DNA of 64,000 nucleotides from the NCBI GenBank assembly GCA_001817065.1, contig MHHQ01000005.1:18651-82650 (forward strand). The letters run 5' to 3'. The stretch comes from Candidatus Andersenbacteria bacterium RIFCSPHIGHO2_02_FULL_46_16 (lineage in GTDB: Bacteria; Patescibacteriota; Andersenbacteria; UBA10190). The translations under genes and the position numbers were made by a program. Shown in pieces: positions 1 through 9,498 of this stretch. Numbering within the stretch: position 1 is the first letter of the stretch; each line of letters opens with the position of its first letter. The notes below the pieces were generated by a model. The model ran no database searches. It was not told the DNA's origin and saw only the letters and a program-made list of their open reading frames with translations.

Positions 1-1
1 G

Positions 2-874
2 GACTGGCGCAATAAATCCATCAGCAGCGCTGGACCGTCTACGCCGGTGACGATAATTGGTTTAAGCGACGTACCCAGCGCAGGGGATGTCGTACAGGTG
101 GTGGAGGAAACAAGTGAGGCCAGAACTAAAGTAGCTTCACGCCGGGCACCGGTAAAGAAATTGACTAGCGGAGAGGATGACGGGCGACAGGTCTTGGCCT
201 TAGTGATAATTGCAGATGCGCACGGATCATTAGAAGCGATCACTCAAACGGTGGAGGCAATGATGCCGCCGGATGTAAAATTATCGATTGTCAGGGCTGA
301 CGTGGGTACGGTCACCGATTCTGACGTGCTGACTGCGGCCGCGGGTGATGCCATTGTTTATGCATTTAATACCACGGTCAGCGGGATGTCACGAAAACTG
401 GCGGACAAAGAGGGCGTGGAGATAAAAATGTTTGATGTGATTTATCATTTGTCGGAGGATGTGCGTTTAGAGATTGAAAAGCGGCTGCCGGTTGATATCG
501 TGAGAAATGATTTAGGTAAACTCAAAGTGTTACGAGTATTTTTCTCGACACCAAAAAAGAAGATAGTGGGGGGCGAAGTCACGCAAGGAAAAGTCAAAGT
601 AGGAGCGAGGGCAATTATTCGGCGTCCATCGCTGAGCAATAAAAAATCCCTCGTGGCCGCGAGAGGGAAAGATGAGAGCTTGATTGGCGAGGGGGAAATC
701 AAGGAAATGCAGCGTGAGAAAACGGCGATTACAGCAGCGCAGCAGGGCGATCAAATCGGATTGACGATTGAAGGAAAAGGTAAGATTAAAGAAGGTGATA
801 TTTTGGATATCTACATAGAGGAGAAAGTCAGACGCCAGATGGAAGCGGACAAGCCTAAAAGACAAACTACTTAA
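2..874 (+). CDS. infB: Translation initiation factor IF-2, C-terminal part (5' end outside window)
   Basis: Frame open from base 2 (…AGPSTPVTIIGLSDVPSAGD…); IF-2 motifs ADAHGSLEAI, GTVTDSDV, FDVIYHL; followed by rbfA. Confidence 0.95.
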   Translation, partial: DWRNKSISSAGPSTPVTIIGLSDVPSAGDVVQVVEETSEARTKVASRRAPVKKLTSGEDDGRQVLALVIIADAHGSLEAITQTVEAMMPPDVKLSIVRADVGTVTDSDVLTAAAGDAIVYAFNTTVSGMSRKLADKEGVEIKMFDVIYHLSEDVRLEIEKRLPVDIVRNDLGKLKVLRVFFSTPKKKIVGGEVTQGKVKVGARAIIRRPSLSNKKSLVAARGKDESLIGEGEIKEMQREKTAITAAQQGDQIGLTIEGKGKIKEGDILDIYIEEKVRRQMEADKPKRQTT

Positions 875-891
875 TATTCATTAATGAAGCT

Positions 892-1284
892 ATGAATAGC
901 CGAGGAAGACTAGACCAGTCACAACTCATCGGTGGCCTGCCGTTAGCTAAACCTTCTCATCGTATGGATCAGGTGAATGCCAACATCAAGAAACTGTTTG
1001 GGGAGATTCTCCTGACAGAGGCGGATTTGCCGGAGGGTGTGTTGGTCACAGTGACAGATGTGGACACAACCCCTAATTTGCGTTCGACACAAGTTTGGCT
1101 GTCAGTTTTGCCATCTAGCAGGGCAGTCGAAATAAAAAAAAAGATAAAACCGCAAATGTACGATTTACAGGGATCATTGAACCGGGCACTTGATATGCAC
1201 CCGTTACCAAGAATTAAATTATTAATTGACCATGGAGCAGAACACGCAGAAAAGATTCAGCGCAAGCTGGACGAACTTAGTTAA
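892..1284 (+). CDS. rbfA: Ribosome-binding factor A
   Basis: HRMDQVNANIKK…VTVTDVDTTPNLRSTQVWLS…PRIKLLID; directly after infB. Confidence 0.9.
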   Translation: MNSRGRLDQSQLIGGLPLAKPSHRMDQVNANIKKLFGEILLTEADLPEGVLVTVTDVDTTPNLRSTQVWLSVLPSSRAVEIKKKIKPQMYDLQGSLNRALDMHPLPRIKLLIDHGAEHAEKIQRKLDELS

Positions 1285-2287
1285 ACGACGAGAAGACTGG
1301 GAGGGGCAGTCTGGCTTGCTGGGAAATTTGGACCTAGTGGTGCATGACATTCATGTGAGCCTAAAAATGGCCAGGAGTGTTTTAATTGGCACTCACGAAC
1401 ATCCGGATGGGGATGCGTTAGGTTCAGCCTTGGCGCTAATGCATGTTTTACGGTTGCAGGGGAAGGAAGTGGCAGTATTTGCTCCTGATCCAGCACCAGA
1501 GATGTTTAAGTTTCTACCCGGGATTGAGCAGGTGGTGTATGGGGTACCGCCTGATCCGAGCCTATTTGACGTGGTGGTGCTACTGGATTCAACAACCACG
1601 GAGAGAGTGCGCCTGGACGGCTTGATTGAATCTCATCCGCTGACTATTTGTATCGATCATCACGTACACGATGCTTATCAATGCAAGCTGAATTTAATTG
1701 TGCCTGAGGCAGCGGCCACGGCGCATATCCTGACAGAATTTTTTAATAAAACAAATACACCGATTACGAAGGACGTAGCCACATGTTTGTTAACGGGGAT
1801 ATTTACGGACACCGGTTCCTTTATGCATGATTCAACCTCACCGGAGATTTTGAAATTAGCCGCAGCATTGATGGGTAAAGGGGCAAGGCTTTCCCATATT
1901 GCTCACGAAACTTACCAGAAGAAAGAGTTGCCGGGACTAAAGATATGGGGGAGGGCTTTGTCGCGCATAATGATGAATGAGAAGACTGGCGCTACTGTTT
2001 CAATAATTACCGCAGATGATCTGGCGGAATGCGGTGCAACGCTGGATGATTTATCAGGGGTAGTTAATATGCTGAACACACTGCCGGAAACAAAGTTTGC
2101 CTTATTGTTAACAGAATATGAAAAGGGAAAGATTAAAGGCAGTTTAAGATCTGAGCCGCATAAGGGCGTTGATGTGAGCGCCATAGCCAAGAAATTCGGC
2201 GGGGGAGGCCATAAACTAGCAGCCGGGTTTGAAGTAGTCGGTCATTTAGTAGAGAGTGATGGCCAGTGGCGAGTGGTCGCGCCATAA
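1226..2287 (+). CDS. nrnA: DHH/DHHA1 bifunctional oligoribonuclease/PAP phosphatase (true start probably further downstream)
   Basis: THEHPDGDALGS, LLDS, IDHH, DTGSF, GSLRS and GGGGHKLAAG motifs. Confidence 0.9.
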   Translation: MTMEQNTQKRFSASWTNLVKRREDWEGQSGLLGNLDLVVHDIHVSLKMARSVLIGTHEHPDGDALGSALALMHVLRLQGKEVAVFAPDPAPEMFKFLPGIEQVVYGVPPDPSLFDVVVLLDSTTTERVRLDGLIESHPLTICIDHHVHDAYQCKLNLIVPEAAATAHILTEFFNKTNTPITKDVATCLLTGIFTDTGSFMHDSTSPEILKLAAALMGKGARLSHIAHETYQKKELPGLKIWGRALSRIMMNEKTGATVSIITADDLAECGATLDDLSGVVNMLNTLPETKFALLLTEYEKGKIKGSLRSEPHKGVDVSAIAKKFGGGGHKLAAGFEVVGHLVESDGQWRVVAP

Positions 2288-2318
2288 ATAAAGCTTAATT
2301 AACAGAAAGAAAAATAAT

Positions 2319-3161
2319 ATGCCTAAGGCAGCAGTGAAGGATAAACCGGCAAACACACTACGCTTTTTAGTGTTTGGTGACGTGGTGGGTCGGCCGGGGA
2401 GAGAAGCTTTGAATTACACCCTCCCGTTACTGCGCGATGAGTTCCAACCTGACGCTGTGATAATAAATATCGAAAATATTGCGCACGGAGCCGGTTTTTC
2501 TCCGGAGACTTGGTTAGAGGCGAAAAAATGGCAGGCGAATGTTTATACATTAGGCGACCATGCGTGGGACAATGAAGCGAGCATACCTTTGTTAGAGAAT
2601 AAGAAATTACCGATTGTGCGACCGGCCAATTACCCGGGACAAGTGCCAGGCAGCGGTTATTATCTTTTTACGCTGGGAGCTTTTGAGGTAGCAGTTATTA
2701 ATCTGCAAGGTCAAGTCTTTTTCAAGAATCATCCTAAGAATCCTTTCCATGCGCTGGACGAATTATTGGTTTTACCAGACATAAAGCGAGCCAATATTGT
2801 GTTGATTGATTTTCACGCGGAAGCTACTTCTGAAGCGCGCGGATTTGGATGGTATGCAGACGGACGAGTGTCAGCGGTGTGGGGCAGCCATACCCACGTT
2901 CCCACTGCAGACGAGCAAATATTAGCGGCTGGCACTGGTTACATTACAGATGTAGGGATGGTAGGAAATCATAATTCGATTATTGGGGCAGATAAAGCCG
3001 GGCCCTTGAAGACATTCCTGAACCAAACAAAAGAGCGCTTCACATACCTAGATGAGGGGGTGTATGAGATTGGCGCGTTGCTACTTGATATCGATCCGAA
3101 AACTGGCCAGACAAGTCGTATTGCGCAGATTAGGAAAATAATGAATGATACAGACAGATAA
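2319..3161 (+). CDS. ymdB: YmdB-family metallophosphoesterase
   Basis: GDVVGRPG, NIEN, LGDH, RPANYP, DFHAEATSE, GSHTHVPTAD, YITDVGMVG. Confidence 0.9.
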   Translation: MPKAAVKDKPANTLRFLVFGDVVGRPGREALNYTLPLLRDEFQPDAVIINIENIAHGAGFSPETWLEAKKWQANVYTLGDHAWDNEASIPLLENKKLPIVRPANYPGQVPGSGYYLFTLGAFEVAVINLQGQVFFKNHPKNPFHALDELLVLPDIKRANIVLIDFHAEATSEARGFGWYADGRVSAVWGSHTHVPTADEQILAAGTGYITDVGMVGNHNSIIGADKAGPLKTFLNQTKERFTYLDEGVYEIGALLLDIDPKTGQTSRIAQIRKIMNDTDR

Positions 3162-3200
3162 TAGCTTATTTGAGCTATTTATATGAGGAGGTGAGGTTAG

Positions 3201-3476
3201 ATGGTAAATAAAGACGACCTAATTGAGAAGGTAACTAACAGAACCCGCTTAACACACAAAGATGTGGAAGAAGTGGTGAATGCTTTGTTGGAACAAATTA
3301 TAGAGATTTTGTCGATGGGGGAGAAGGTAAATTTAACTGGTTTTGGTGCATTCGAGGTTAAAGACAGGAAAGGCAGAAAAGGGGTAGACCCGAGATCATT
3401 GCAACCGATGGAGATACCGACGGTTCGTGTGGCTAAGTTTCGAGCTGGCAAGACATTAAAGGAAAGCGTGAAATAA
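3201..3476 (+). CDS. hup: HU-family DNA-binding protein
   Basis: NKDDLI…VNLTGFGAFEV…RKGVDPRS…KFRAGKTLKESVK; SD gaggaggtg upstream. Confidence 0.95.
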   Translation: MVNKDDLIEKVTNRTRLTHKDVEEVVNALLEQIIEILSMGEKVNLTGFGAFEVKDRKGRKGVDPRSLQPMEIPTVRVAKFRAGKTLKESVK

Positions 3477-3614
3477 ACGAAAAGCGAAAAAATCAAAACG
3501 TAAAATAGTAAACCGACCAAACTTATTTACATTAGCACTGATCTGCGATACTTTGTTTATCCAGTTTGTAAAAGTTTGTTATTTCTGGTAAATTTCTGCA
3601 ACGCAGGTGCAGCG

Positions 3615-3685
3615 CGGGGTGTAGTGTAACGGTAGCACGAGTCCTTTGGGAGGATTTAGTCCGAGTTCAAATCTCGGCACCCCGA
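3615..3685 (+). tRNA. tRNA-Pro(TGG), CCA not encoded
   Basis: Acceptor CGGGGTG/CACCCCG, anticodon arm AGTCC-TT TGG GA-GGATT, T-loop GTTCAAATC. Confidence 0.95.
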
Positions 3686-3708
3686 CACTTCTTCGCTCTT
3701 CACTATTG

Positions 3709-4015
3709 CTTCGAGCTTCGAAGTGCAAGCACTTTTTTTGGAGAGCAAACATTAATTCGGCAGACCAGATACGAAGAAATGCCCTGCGAAGCCCGATGGG
3801 GCGAAGTGTTGGCTAGTCAGGGACAACGCATCTTAATTTGACTTAACTAAGTGAAGATAAAAAACAGCTCATCGTTTTGAAGAACAATTACTTCATTCTC
3901 CAGAGTCCTGCAAAAAATCCTGTCTGCTCTATAGAGGCTAAATTAGATGCGTTGACCCTGGTTGGCTAGTGACTTCTCTTTTCGCTTACGCTTCGAGCTT
4001 CGAAGTGCAAGCACT
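3709..4015. repeat. Two direct copies of the REP-like motif cttcgagcttcgaagtgcaagcact downstream of tRNA-Pro
   Basis: Copies at ~3709-3733 and ~3991-4015. Confidence 0.8.
3818..3960. mobile_element. 143-bp non-autonomous element (MITE) with CAGGG-starting TIRs and a 10-bp target duplication; ISAs1-family-like ends
   Basis: Left cagggacaacgcatcttaattt, right aaattagatgcgttgaccctg; exact direct repeat gttggctagt at 3808-3817 and 3961-3970. Confidence 0.8.
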
Positions 4016-4105
4016 GCTTGAAAGCGTGACCCCATCTTTACCCACCGGGATCTAATCTTTGTTTACCTGGTGCATTAAGATGGGAATAAGAAAAAAGGGA
4101 AAGGC

Positions 4106-4131
4106 AAATCCCCGGCTGGATGCCGGGGATT
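4106..4131 (-). terminator. Intrinsic terminator-like hairpin after the 884-aa gene
   Basis: atccccggc-tggat-gccggggat, ~20 nt past the minus-strand stop at 4151. Confidence 0.6.
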
Positions 4132-4150
4132 ATTTATTAATGAGAATTGA

Positions 4151-6805
4151 TTATGTAGGAGGTGGAGCATAACCGCCATCACCGCCGCCGTCAGGCGCTG
4201 GAGCAGGTTCACCGCCACCACCGTCACCACCAGGGGGTGGGGCGAAATCACCACCACCGCCATCACCTTCACCACTATCAGCAGGCGGGGGAGGTGGATT
4301 GCCTTCACCATCATTCGGTGGCGGGGCAAAATTACCACCATTATCGGGAGGGGGTGGGGCTTGTTGGCCAGCTGGCGGGGGATTATATACGTCTCCACCG
4401 GGTGCTTCGTTGGTCGGGGGGGTGTAATAAGATCCAGTGCCGCTGTTAGGTGGGGGCTGGTTCATGGGTTGTGTGTAGGAAGGGTAATACGGTCCTGACG
4501 AATTTTGAGTCGGCATGGACTGGTAGACGCCAGGATTATAAACACCACCGGTGGATGATGGGGGACGATAACCGGAATCCATAGCGCCATCGGGGCGGTA
4601 CGGGGCTCCCGGCATGTAAGCGCCAGGTTGTCCTGTACTGTAATTATTTTGATTGGGTATATAAGACGAGGCACGGAAATTCGTGTTAAAAGAACCGTCT
4701 GGATTATACATGGCGCCGGGACCGGGCACAGGCTGTCCTTGAGGATTTACCGGTACAGCATTACCTTGGAATATTTTGGGGGTGCCGTCAGAATTTATCT
4801 CACCGCGCTGCAGGGCTGCTTCATATTCTTTTTTCTCTTCACCAGTCATCTTGGCAGGATCAAAGCGACGCTCAACCGCCAGTCCTGGCGGTGGTGCTTG
4901 GAAGAGAAAGAAGTTGCTAGCCCTTTCGGCGGGTGGGATTTCGCGGAAGGCTTTTAAGCAGTCGGCAGGGTTGGTACAACCGTTGTGCCCAACATACTGG
5001 GCGGGTGTCTGGGGCAAAATATTATACACAGGCACCGGCGGACGGAAGGAAGTCATACCTGGAAAAACTGGCGGCCGTCCCTTTTCTTCGGGTTTAAAGC
5101 CCACGTTGACGGGTGGCTTGAGAGCATAACCGCTGGGTGAAGTATAGTTACTGCAATCATTGGAACTGCAATATTTTTCAATGGCATTAATGTCCCGAAG
5201 TCCCCCCGGGCCAGCGAACGGCAGTTCCTTTAGGCCTTCAGGCTTTTGCCAGCCTTCAGGATCTTTTAAGCCGAATCGTTCGTGAAAACCGGCAATGCGC
5301 TGCATTTGCGGTGGTAAGTAGTTATCGATATTGGCTAAGGCCGTGGCATCGTCCTTGAATTGGTCGCGCAGTTGGGCTTTGTATTGCTCAAGCGCAGCAA
5401 TGTCATTAGGCGAAGGCTTAAAACGATATTCTAATTCTTTATACTTCGCGAACGCATTGGGACGATGTTGCTCCATAGCGCTTAATGTTTCGGGCGGAAT
5501 GTAATCAGGCCGCATGGTTTGTTGCAGACGGTCTAGATTGACGGTGGCAACCCAATAGGGCAGCAAGTCAGGAGGGACCATGGTGACACCAGGGACAAAG
5601 GTAGCGCTGAATGATTCTAGTTTGGCTAATGTGGCATCATCTGGCCTGACCCCTTCAAAGCGGCTAAGCGAATTAACTTTGTCTAATTCAATAATGGATC
5701 TGATTTGCTGCGGATAAATAGTGGCGGCTGTTTCATCAAGGGCGCCTTTGATATCGGCTGGAGTGATATAGCCATTGGCCGCAAACTCTTCAAAAACATC
5801 TCGAACAGCTTGCCGGGTGTCTAGGCTGTAAATGTGGTCGGCCTGTTCCTGCTGCAGCACACCGATGCTTTTGAGGGATTGCAAGCCCTGTACGACACCG
5901 GCAGTAACGGCTGGTTTATCAAGTTTGTCGGCGGCTTGATCGACGCCGCTGGCTGCGGCTTGGCTTAAGGCGTTAAAATCAGTTTCGGCGTCTTCTGGAA
6001 TAGTGGCGCTGTTTTGATCGATAGTGATCTGCAGGCCGGCGATTTGTTCTTCAAACTGGCGGGTGACTTCCTCATCTAGGTCGCGGTCAAATAGTTCATG
6101 CAGTGTATCCTCCACGCGCTGCACCGCCGCATTAGCAGCAGGGTGCTGGTCCTGGATTAATTGTTGGGCTTCAGCGGCGCGTTCGGTAACCCGGCGATAA
6201 GTACGTTCCGGTGCCCGACCGGGAGTAATGAGATTGAGAGAGCCGTCCCATATGTTCTCACCGAAAATTTCCAGACTATGAAGAAAACCACGACTGGTGC
6301 CTGGAGATGGCAAAGGGGGGGGCTGAACGTCAGCGGAAGAGTCGGAGGCTTTTTGCTGTAAGGCAGCGTCGGTTGGAGGAGGGACGGGGGCTAGAATCCG
6401 CTCGTCTTCGACAGTACCCAAAGCGGTGTATTGACCGACGAGCTGGCTAATGTCTAGACCAGTAGGGATTTGATCCGGTCCTATTTCCACTAATCCTTGT
6501 CCTTCAACGCCGATGAAATACTGCGTTTGGGTGGGCGCGTCGGGGTTGGGATATGCTTCGATCCAGCCGGTGATGACCAGGTCTGGATTTACTTCCTCGG
6601 CAGTAGTGGTCGCTTGTAAAACTTTTCCAGCGCCAGGAATGGCTGTAGGAAGGTTGTTATAATAAGGTCCCCAGTCGTAATAATTGGTTAATTGCGAATA
6701 GCTGGCGCTAACCGGCTGATATAAAAGCAGCCCAGTTATAATAACCGTGGCTGAAATAAAAAACGTGTGCCAAGAAAATCCCTTGGAAAGGTAGTGATAC
6801 TTCAT
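4151..6805 (-). CDS. Large secreted/membrane-anchored protein with a helical (DUF5667-like) segment, Cys pairs and a Pro/Gly-rich low-complexity tail
   Basis: 884-aa ORF, N-terminal hydrophobic segment, GPGG…YC…C motif, tail of PPP/GGG repeats. Confidence 0.75.
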   Translation of the reverse strand: MKYHYLSKGFSWHTFFISATVIITGLLLYQPVSASYSQLTNYYDWGPYYNNLPTAIPGAGKVLQATTTAEEVNPDLVITGWIEAYPNPDAPTQTQYFIGVEGQGLVEIGPDQIPTGLDISQLVGQYTALGTVEDERILAPVPPPTDAALQQKASDSSADVQPPPLPSPGTSRGFLHSLEIFGENIWDGSLNLITPGRAPERTYRRVTERAAEAQQLIQDQHPAANAAVQRVEDTLHELFDRDLDEEVTRQFEEQIAGLQITIDQNSATIPEDAETDFNALSQAAASGVDQAADKLDKPAVTAGVVQGLQSLKSIGVLQQEQADHIYSLDTRQAVRDVFEEFAANGYITPADIKGALDETAATIYPQQIRSIIELDKVNSLSRFEGVRPDDATLAKLESFSATFVPGVTMVPPDLLPYWVATVNLDRLQQTMRPDYIPPETLSAMEQHRPNAFAKYKELEYRFKPSPNDIAALEQYKAQLRDQFKDDATALANIDNYLPPQMQRIAGFHERFGLKDPEGWQKPEGLKELPFAGPGGLRDINAIEKYCSSNDCSNYTSPSGYALKPPVNVGFKPEEKGRPPVFPGMTSFRPPVPVYNILPQTPAQYVGHNGCTNPADCLKAFREIPPAERASNFFLFQAPPPGLAVERRFDPAKMTGEEKKEYEAALQRGEINSDGTPKIFQGNAVPVNPQGQPVPGPGAMYNPDGSFNTNFRASSYIPNQNNYSTGQPGAYMPGAPYRPDGAMDSGYRPPSSTGGVYNPGVYQSMPTQNSSGPYYPSYTQPMNQPPPNSGTGSYYTPPTNEAPGGDVYNPPPAGQQAPPPPDNGGNFAPPPNDGEGNPPPPPADSGEGDGGGGDFAPPPGGDGGGGEPAPAPDGGGDGGYAPPPT

Positions 6806-6853
6806 AGGATGAGTTAAATTGGTTAATTTACATGGTTATTATACGCTTGATCT

Positions 6854-7258
6854 ATGATGACCTCAACGATGGCATTGGCGTTGATTTTATTAGCGGTGCT
6901 GATAGGTAGTTTTTATTATATTGTGCAGGCCGAAGGAGGATGGGGCGAGCTGCCAAGACTGATGGAAAGAGTAGGAATAAAGATTGATCAAATCCAAATG
7001 CCAAAATCCAAATTACCAATAGACGACGGTGCCAAGCTGCCATCAAGCCTACCTGAGGACTATGTTTCGGGTAAGTCTAGGTTTAGCCGGGGAATATGCG
7101 TGAAAGACAGCGACTGTTATGTTGGTGGATGCTCGGGAGAAGTATGCGGAAATGAAGAGGGGATGGGAACGACCTGTGAATATAGTGAGGATTTTCCAAG
7201 CGAAATAAAGTTTGAGTGTGCGTGTGTGGCCAAGGCGTGTGGATGGAGAACTAAATGA
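6854..7258 (+). CDS. Membrane-anchored eight-cysteine-cluster domain protein
   Basis: N-terminal TM; C-terminal CVKDSDCYVGGCSGEVC…TTCE…CACVAKACGW (8 Cys). Confidence 0.7.
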   Translation: MMTSTMALALILLAVLIGSFYYIVQAEGGWGELPRLMERVGIKIDQIQMPKSKLPIDDGAKLPSSLPEDYVSGKSRFSRGICVKDSDCYVGGCSGEVCGNEEGMGTTCEYSEDFPSEIKFECACVAKACGWRTK

Positions 7259-7282
7259 CCAATGCTCAATGACCAATAACCA

Positions 7283-9034
7283 ATGAATGCCCAAGCCCCA
7301 ATTTCCAAATACGTTGCCTTATTGTTGTTTTTAGGAATTTTATACCTCGGCGCTGTAAACAGTAAAGAAGTTTTTGCGAGTGAGAAGATTGATAATTTTA
7401 CAGTTAATATAGCGATTAATGAAGATGCGACGATTGATGTGGAAGAAACGATCCGGTATGACTTTGGCACTGACGAAAGACACGGAATTTACCGGGAGAT
7501 TCCATATAAATACCAGGCGAGGGGAGGAAATTATTCGTTGGATATATCTGATCTTGATGTAACGATTGGTGACGAACAGGATTATGTGCCATTCGAGGTG
7601 TCCCGGGCTGGAGGAAATCTGGTAATCAAGATCGGCGATCCCGACGCTTATGTAACGGGAGTGAATACTTACACCATAAACTACAAGGTGGCAGGAGCGA
7701 TGAACTTTTTTGAAAGCCATGACGAGTTGTACTGGAACGTCACAGGCAACGGCTGGGTGGTACCGATGCAAAACATAATAGCCCGCATCAAATTACCAGC
7801 CGAGGTGAGCCAGGATAATCTGCGGCTGGCGTGCTTTGCCGGAACGGTAGGCTCCACTGCATCGTGTAACGATTTATTTTATGCGGAGGATAACGTTAGG
7901 TCGGGCGAGGCTTTATTTTCGCAGGATAGTCTTAGCCAAGGAGAGGGATTGACGATAGTCGTAGGTGTGCCAAAAGGGTTGATAATTGCACCGACCTGGG
8001 CGGATAAGATGGTTAAAGTAACACGTGATAATTGGATAGTTGTTCTGCCCTTTATTTCGCTGGGAATTTTGTACTCGATTTGGCGTAAATACGGCCGTGA
8101 TCCGAAAGGGCGCGGGGCTATCCCGGCGCAATATGATCCGCCAGAAGGTCTTTCACCGGCCCAGGCAGGAACAATTCTAGATGAACGAACCGATCAGACA
8201 GACCTAACCGCTGATATTGTCCATATGGCAGTGAATGGATATTTAAAGATCAGGCGAATAGAAGTAGACAAATTGTTCGGCAAGAATATTGATTATGAGT
8301 TAATCAAGGTGAAAGAAGCAGATAGGCTTTTGACTTCACCGGAGAAGGAGTTATATAAAAGTTTATTCGGGGAAAATAAGGAGCGGGTAAAAGTTTCTGA
8401 CTTAAAAAATAAGTTTTATAAGGATTGGGAGAAGGTAAAAAAAGTGACATATGAATCGGTGGTGGAGCTGGGTTATTTCCCCCGTAATCCGAACACAGTC
8501 CGGGCAATTTATATATTGATAGGTATTGTGCTGGGCGGGGGAGTTAGCTTTTTGAGCGCATCATTGCTGGGATCGATCGGTGTCGTCAGTGCAATAATAT
8601 CTGGTTTGGTAATAGTGATTTTTGGATTGCTGATGCCAGTTAAAACTATCAAAGGGGTATTAACTAAGGAATATATTTTAGGATTGAAGCGCTACATCTC
8701 TATTGCAGAGAAGGAAAGGATAAAATTCCATAACGCGCCGGAGAAAAATCCGGAGCTGTTCGATAGACTATTGCCCTTCGCCATGATGCTGGGCGTGGAG
8801 AAGGAATGGGCGAAACAGTTTGCCGATATTTATAAGCAATCGCCCAGCTGGTACGAAGGTCTGGCGGGTACACATTTTAATGCGGCGATATTAGCCTCCA
8901 GTTTGGGTGATTTTTCAACGACGGCGCAAAGCACGCTCACGAGCAGACCATCTTCCGCATCAGGTGGGGGCAGCGGCTTTTCCGGCGGGGGATCGGGAGG
9001 AGGGTTTGGAGGCGGGGGAGGAGGGAGCTGGTGA
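7283..9034 (+). CDS. DUF2207-family membrane protein
   Basis: IDVEETIRYDF…RHGIYREIP, ELYWNVTGNGW, LLPFAMMLGVEKEWA, C-terminal GGGFGGGGGGSW. Confidence 0.9.
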   Translation: MNAQAPISKYVALLLFLGILYLGAVNSKEVFASEKIDNFTVNIAINEDATIDVEETIRYDFGTDERHGIYREIPYKYQARGGNYSLDISDLDVTIGDEQDYVPFEVSRAGGNLVIKIGDPDAYVTGVNTYTINYKVAGAMNFFESHDELYWNVTGNGWVVPMQNIIARIKLPAEVSQDNLRLACFAGTVGSTASCNDLFYAEDNVRSGEALFSQDSLSQGEGLTIVVGVPKGLIIAPTWADKMVKVTRDNWIVVLPFISLGILYSIWRKYGRDPKGRGAIPAQYDPPEGLSPAQAGTILDERTDQTDLTADIVHMAVNGYLKIRRIEVDKLFGKNIDYELIKVKEADRLLTSPEKELYKSLFGENKERVKVSDLKNKFYKDWEKVKKVTYESVVELGYFPRNPNTVRAIYILIGIVLGGGVSFLSASLLGSIGVVSAIISGLVIVIFGLLMPVKTIKGVLTKEYILGLKRYISIAEKERIKFHNAPEKNPELFDRLLPFAMMLGVEKEWAKQFADIYKQSPSWYEGLAGTHFNAAILASSLGDFSTTAQSTLTSRPSSASGGGSGFSGGGSGGGFGGGGGGSW

Positions 9035-9039
9035 TTATT

Positions 9040-9182
9040 AATTTTCAAAGGTCAATTTTCAAGGCTCAAATAATAACCAATCACGGACAAAATCCAAATG
9101 TTAAAGTTTAGAAATCCTAAATCCTAAACTGGAGAAATTCTAAATAAATTCGAAATTCTAAACTGACGAAATTTGAAACTGA
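9040..9182 (+). repeat. Strand-biased heptamer-like intergenic repeats (aattttcaa, aaatcctaaatcctaaa, aaattctaaa)
   Basis: Repeated 7-nt A-rich units directly after the DUF2207 stop. Confidence 0.6.
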
Positions 9183-9236
9183 TTTAACTAAATAAGGAAG
9201 ATTGGGTAATAAGGAATGCTCAAGAACTAAGCCGTT

Positions 9237-9270
9237 GCTTCCGCCTCCGCCAGTTGGCGGATGGCGGAGC
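9237..9270. repeat. Nested GC-rich palindrome with tccgccagttggcgga core (REP-like)
   Basis: gcttccgcc-tccgcca-gt-tggcgga-tggcggagc. Confidence 0.7.
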
Positions 9271-9378
9271 TATGTAGGGCGAGGACAGAAATGTTATTTT
9301 ATCAACAATAATGATTGCGGATCGTTACATTTGAAACAGTTGACGGCATGCTGCAAATTGTTTAAACAGTACGTACAA

Positions 9379-9453
9379 GCGGGTATCGTATAATGGCTAT
9401 TACAACAGATTTCCAATCTGTGAACACGGGTTCGACTCCCGTTACCCGCTCCA
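9379..9453 (+). tRNA. tRNA-Gly(TCC) with encoded CCA
   Basis: GCGGGTA…TACCCGC-T-CCA, anticodon arm ACAGA-TT TCC AA-TCTGT, T-loop GTTCGACTC. Confidence 0.95.
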
Positions 9454-9498
9454 CGAAATTATTCTGTGTATGCTTGTGCTGGCATCTTCGGCTATCTT

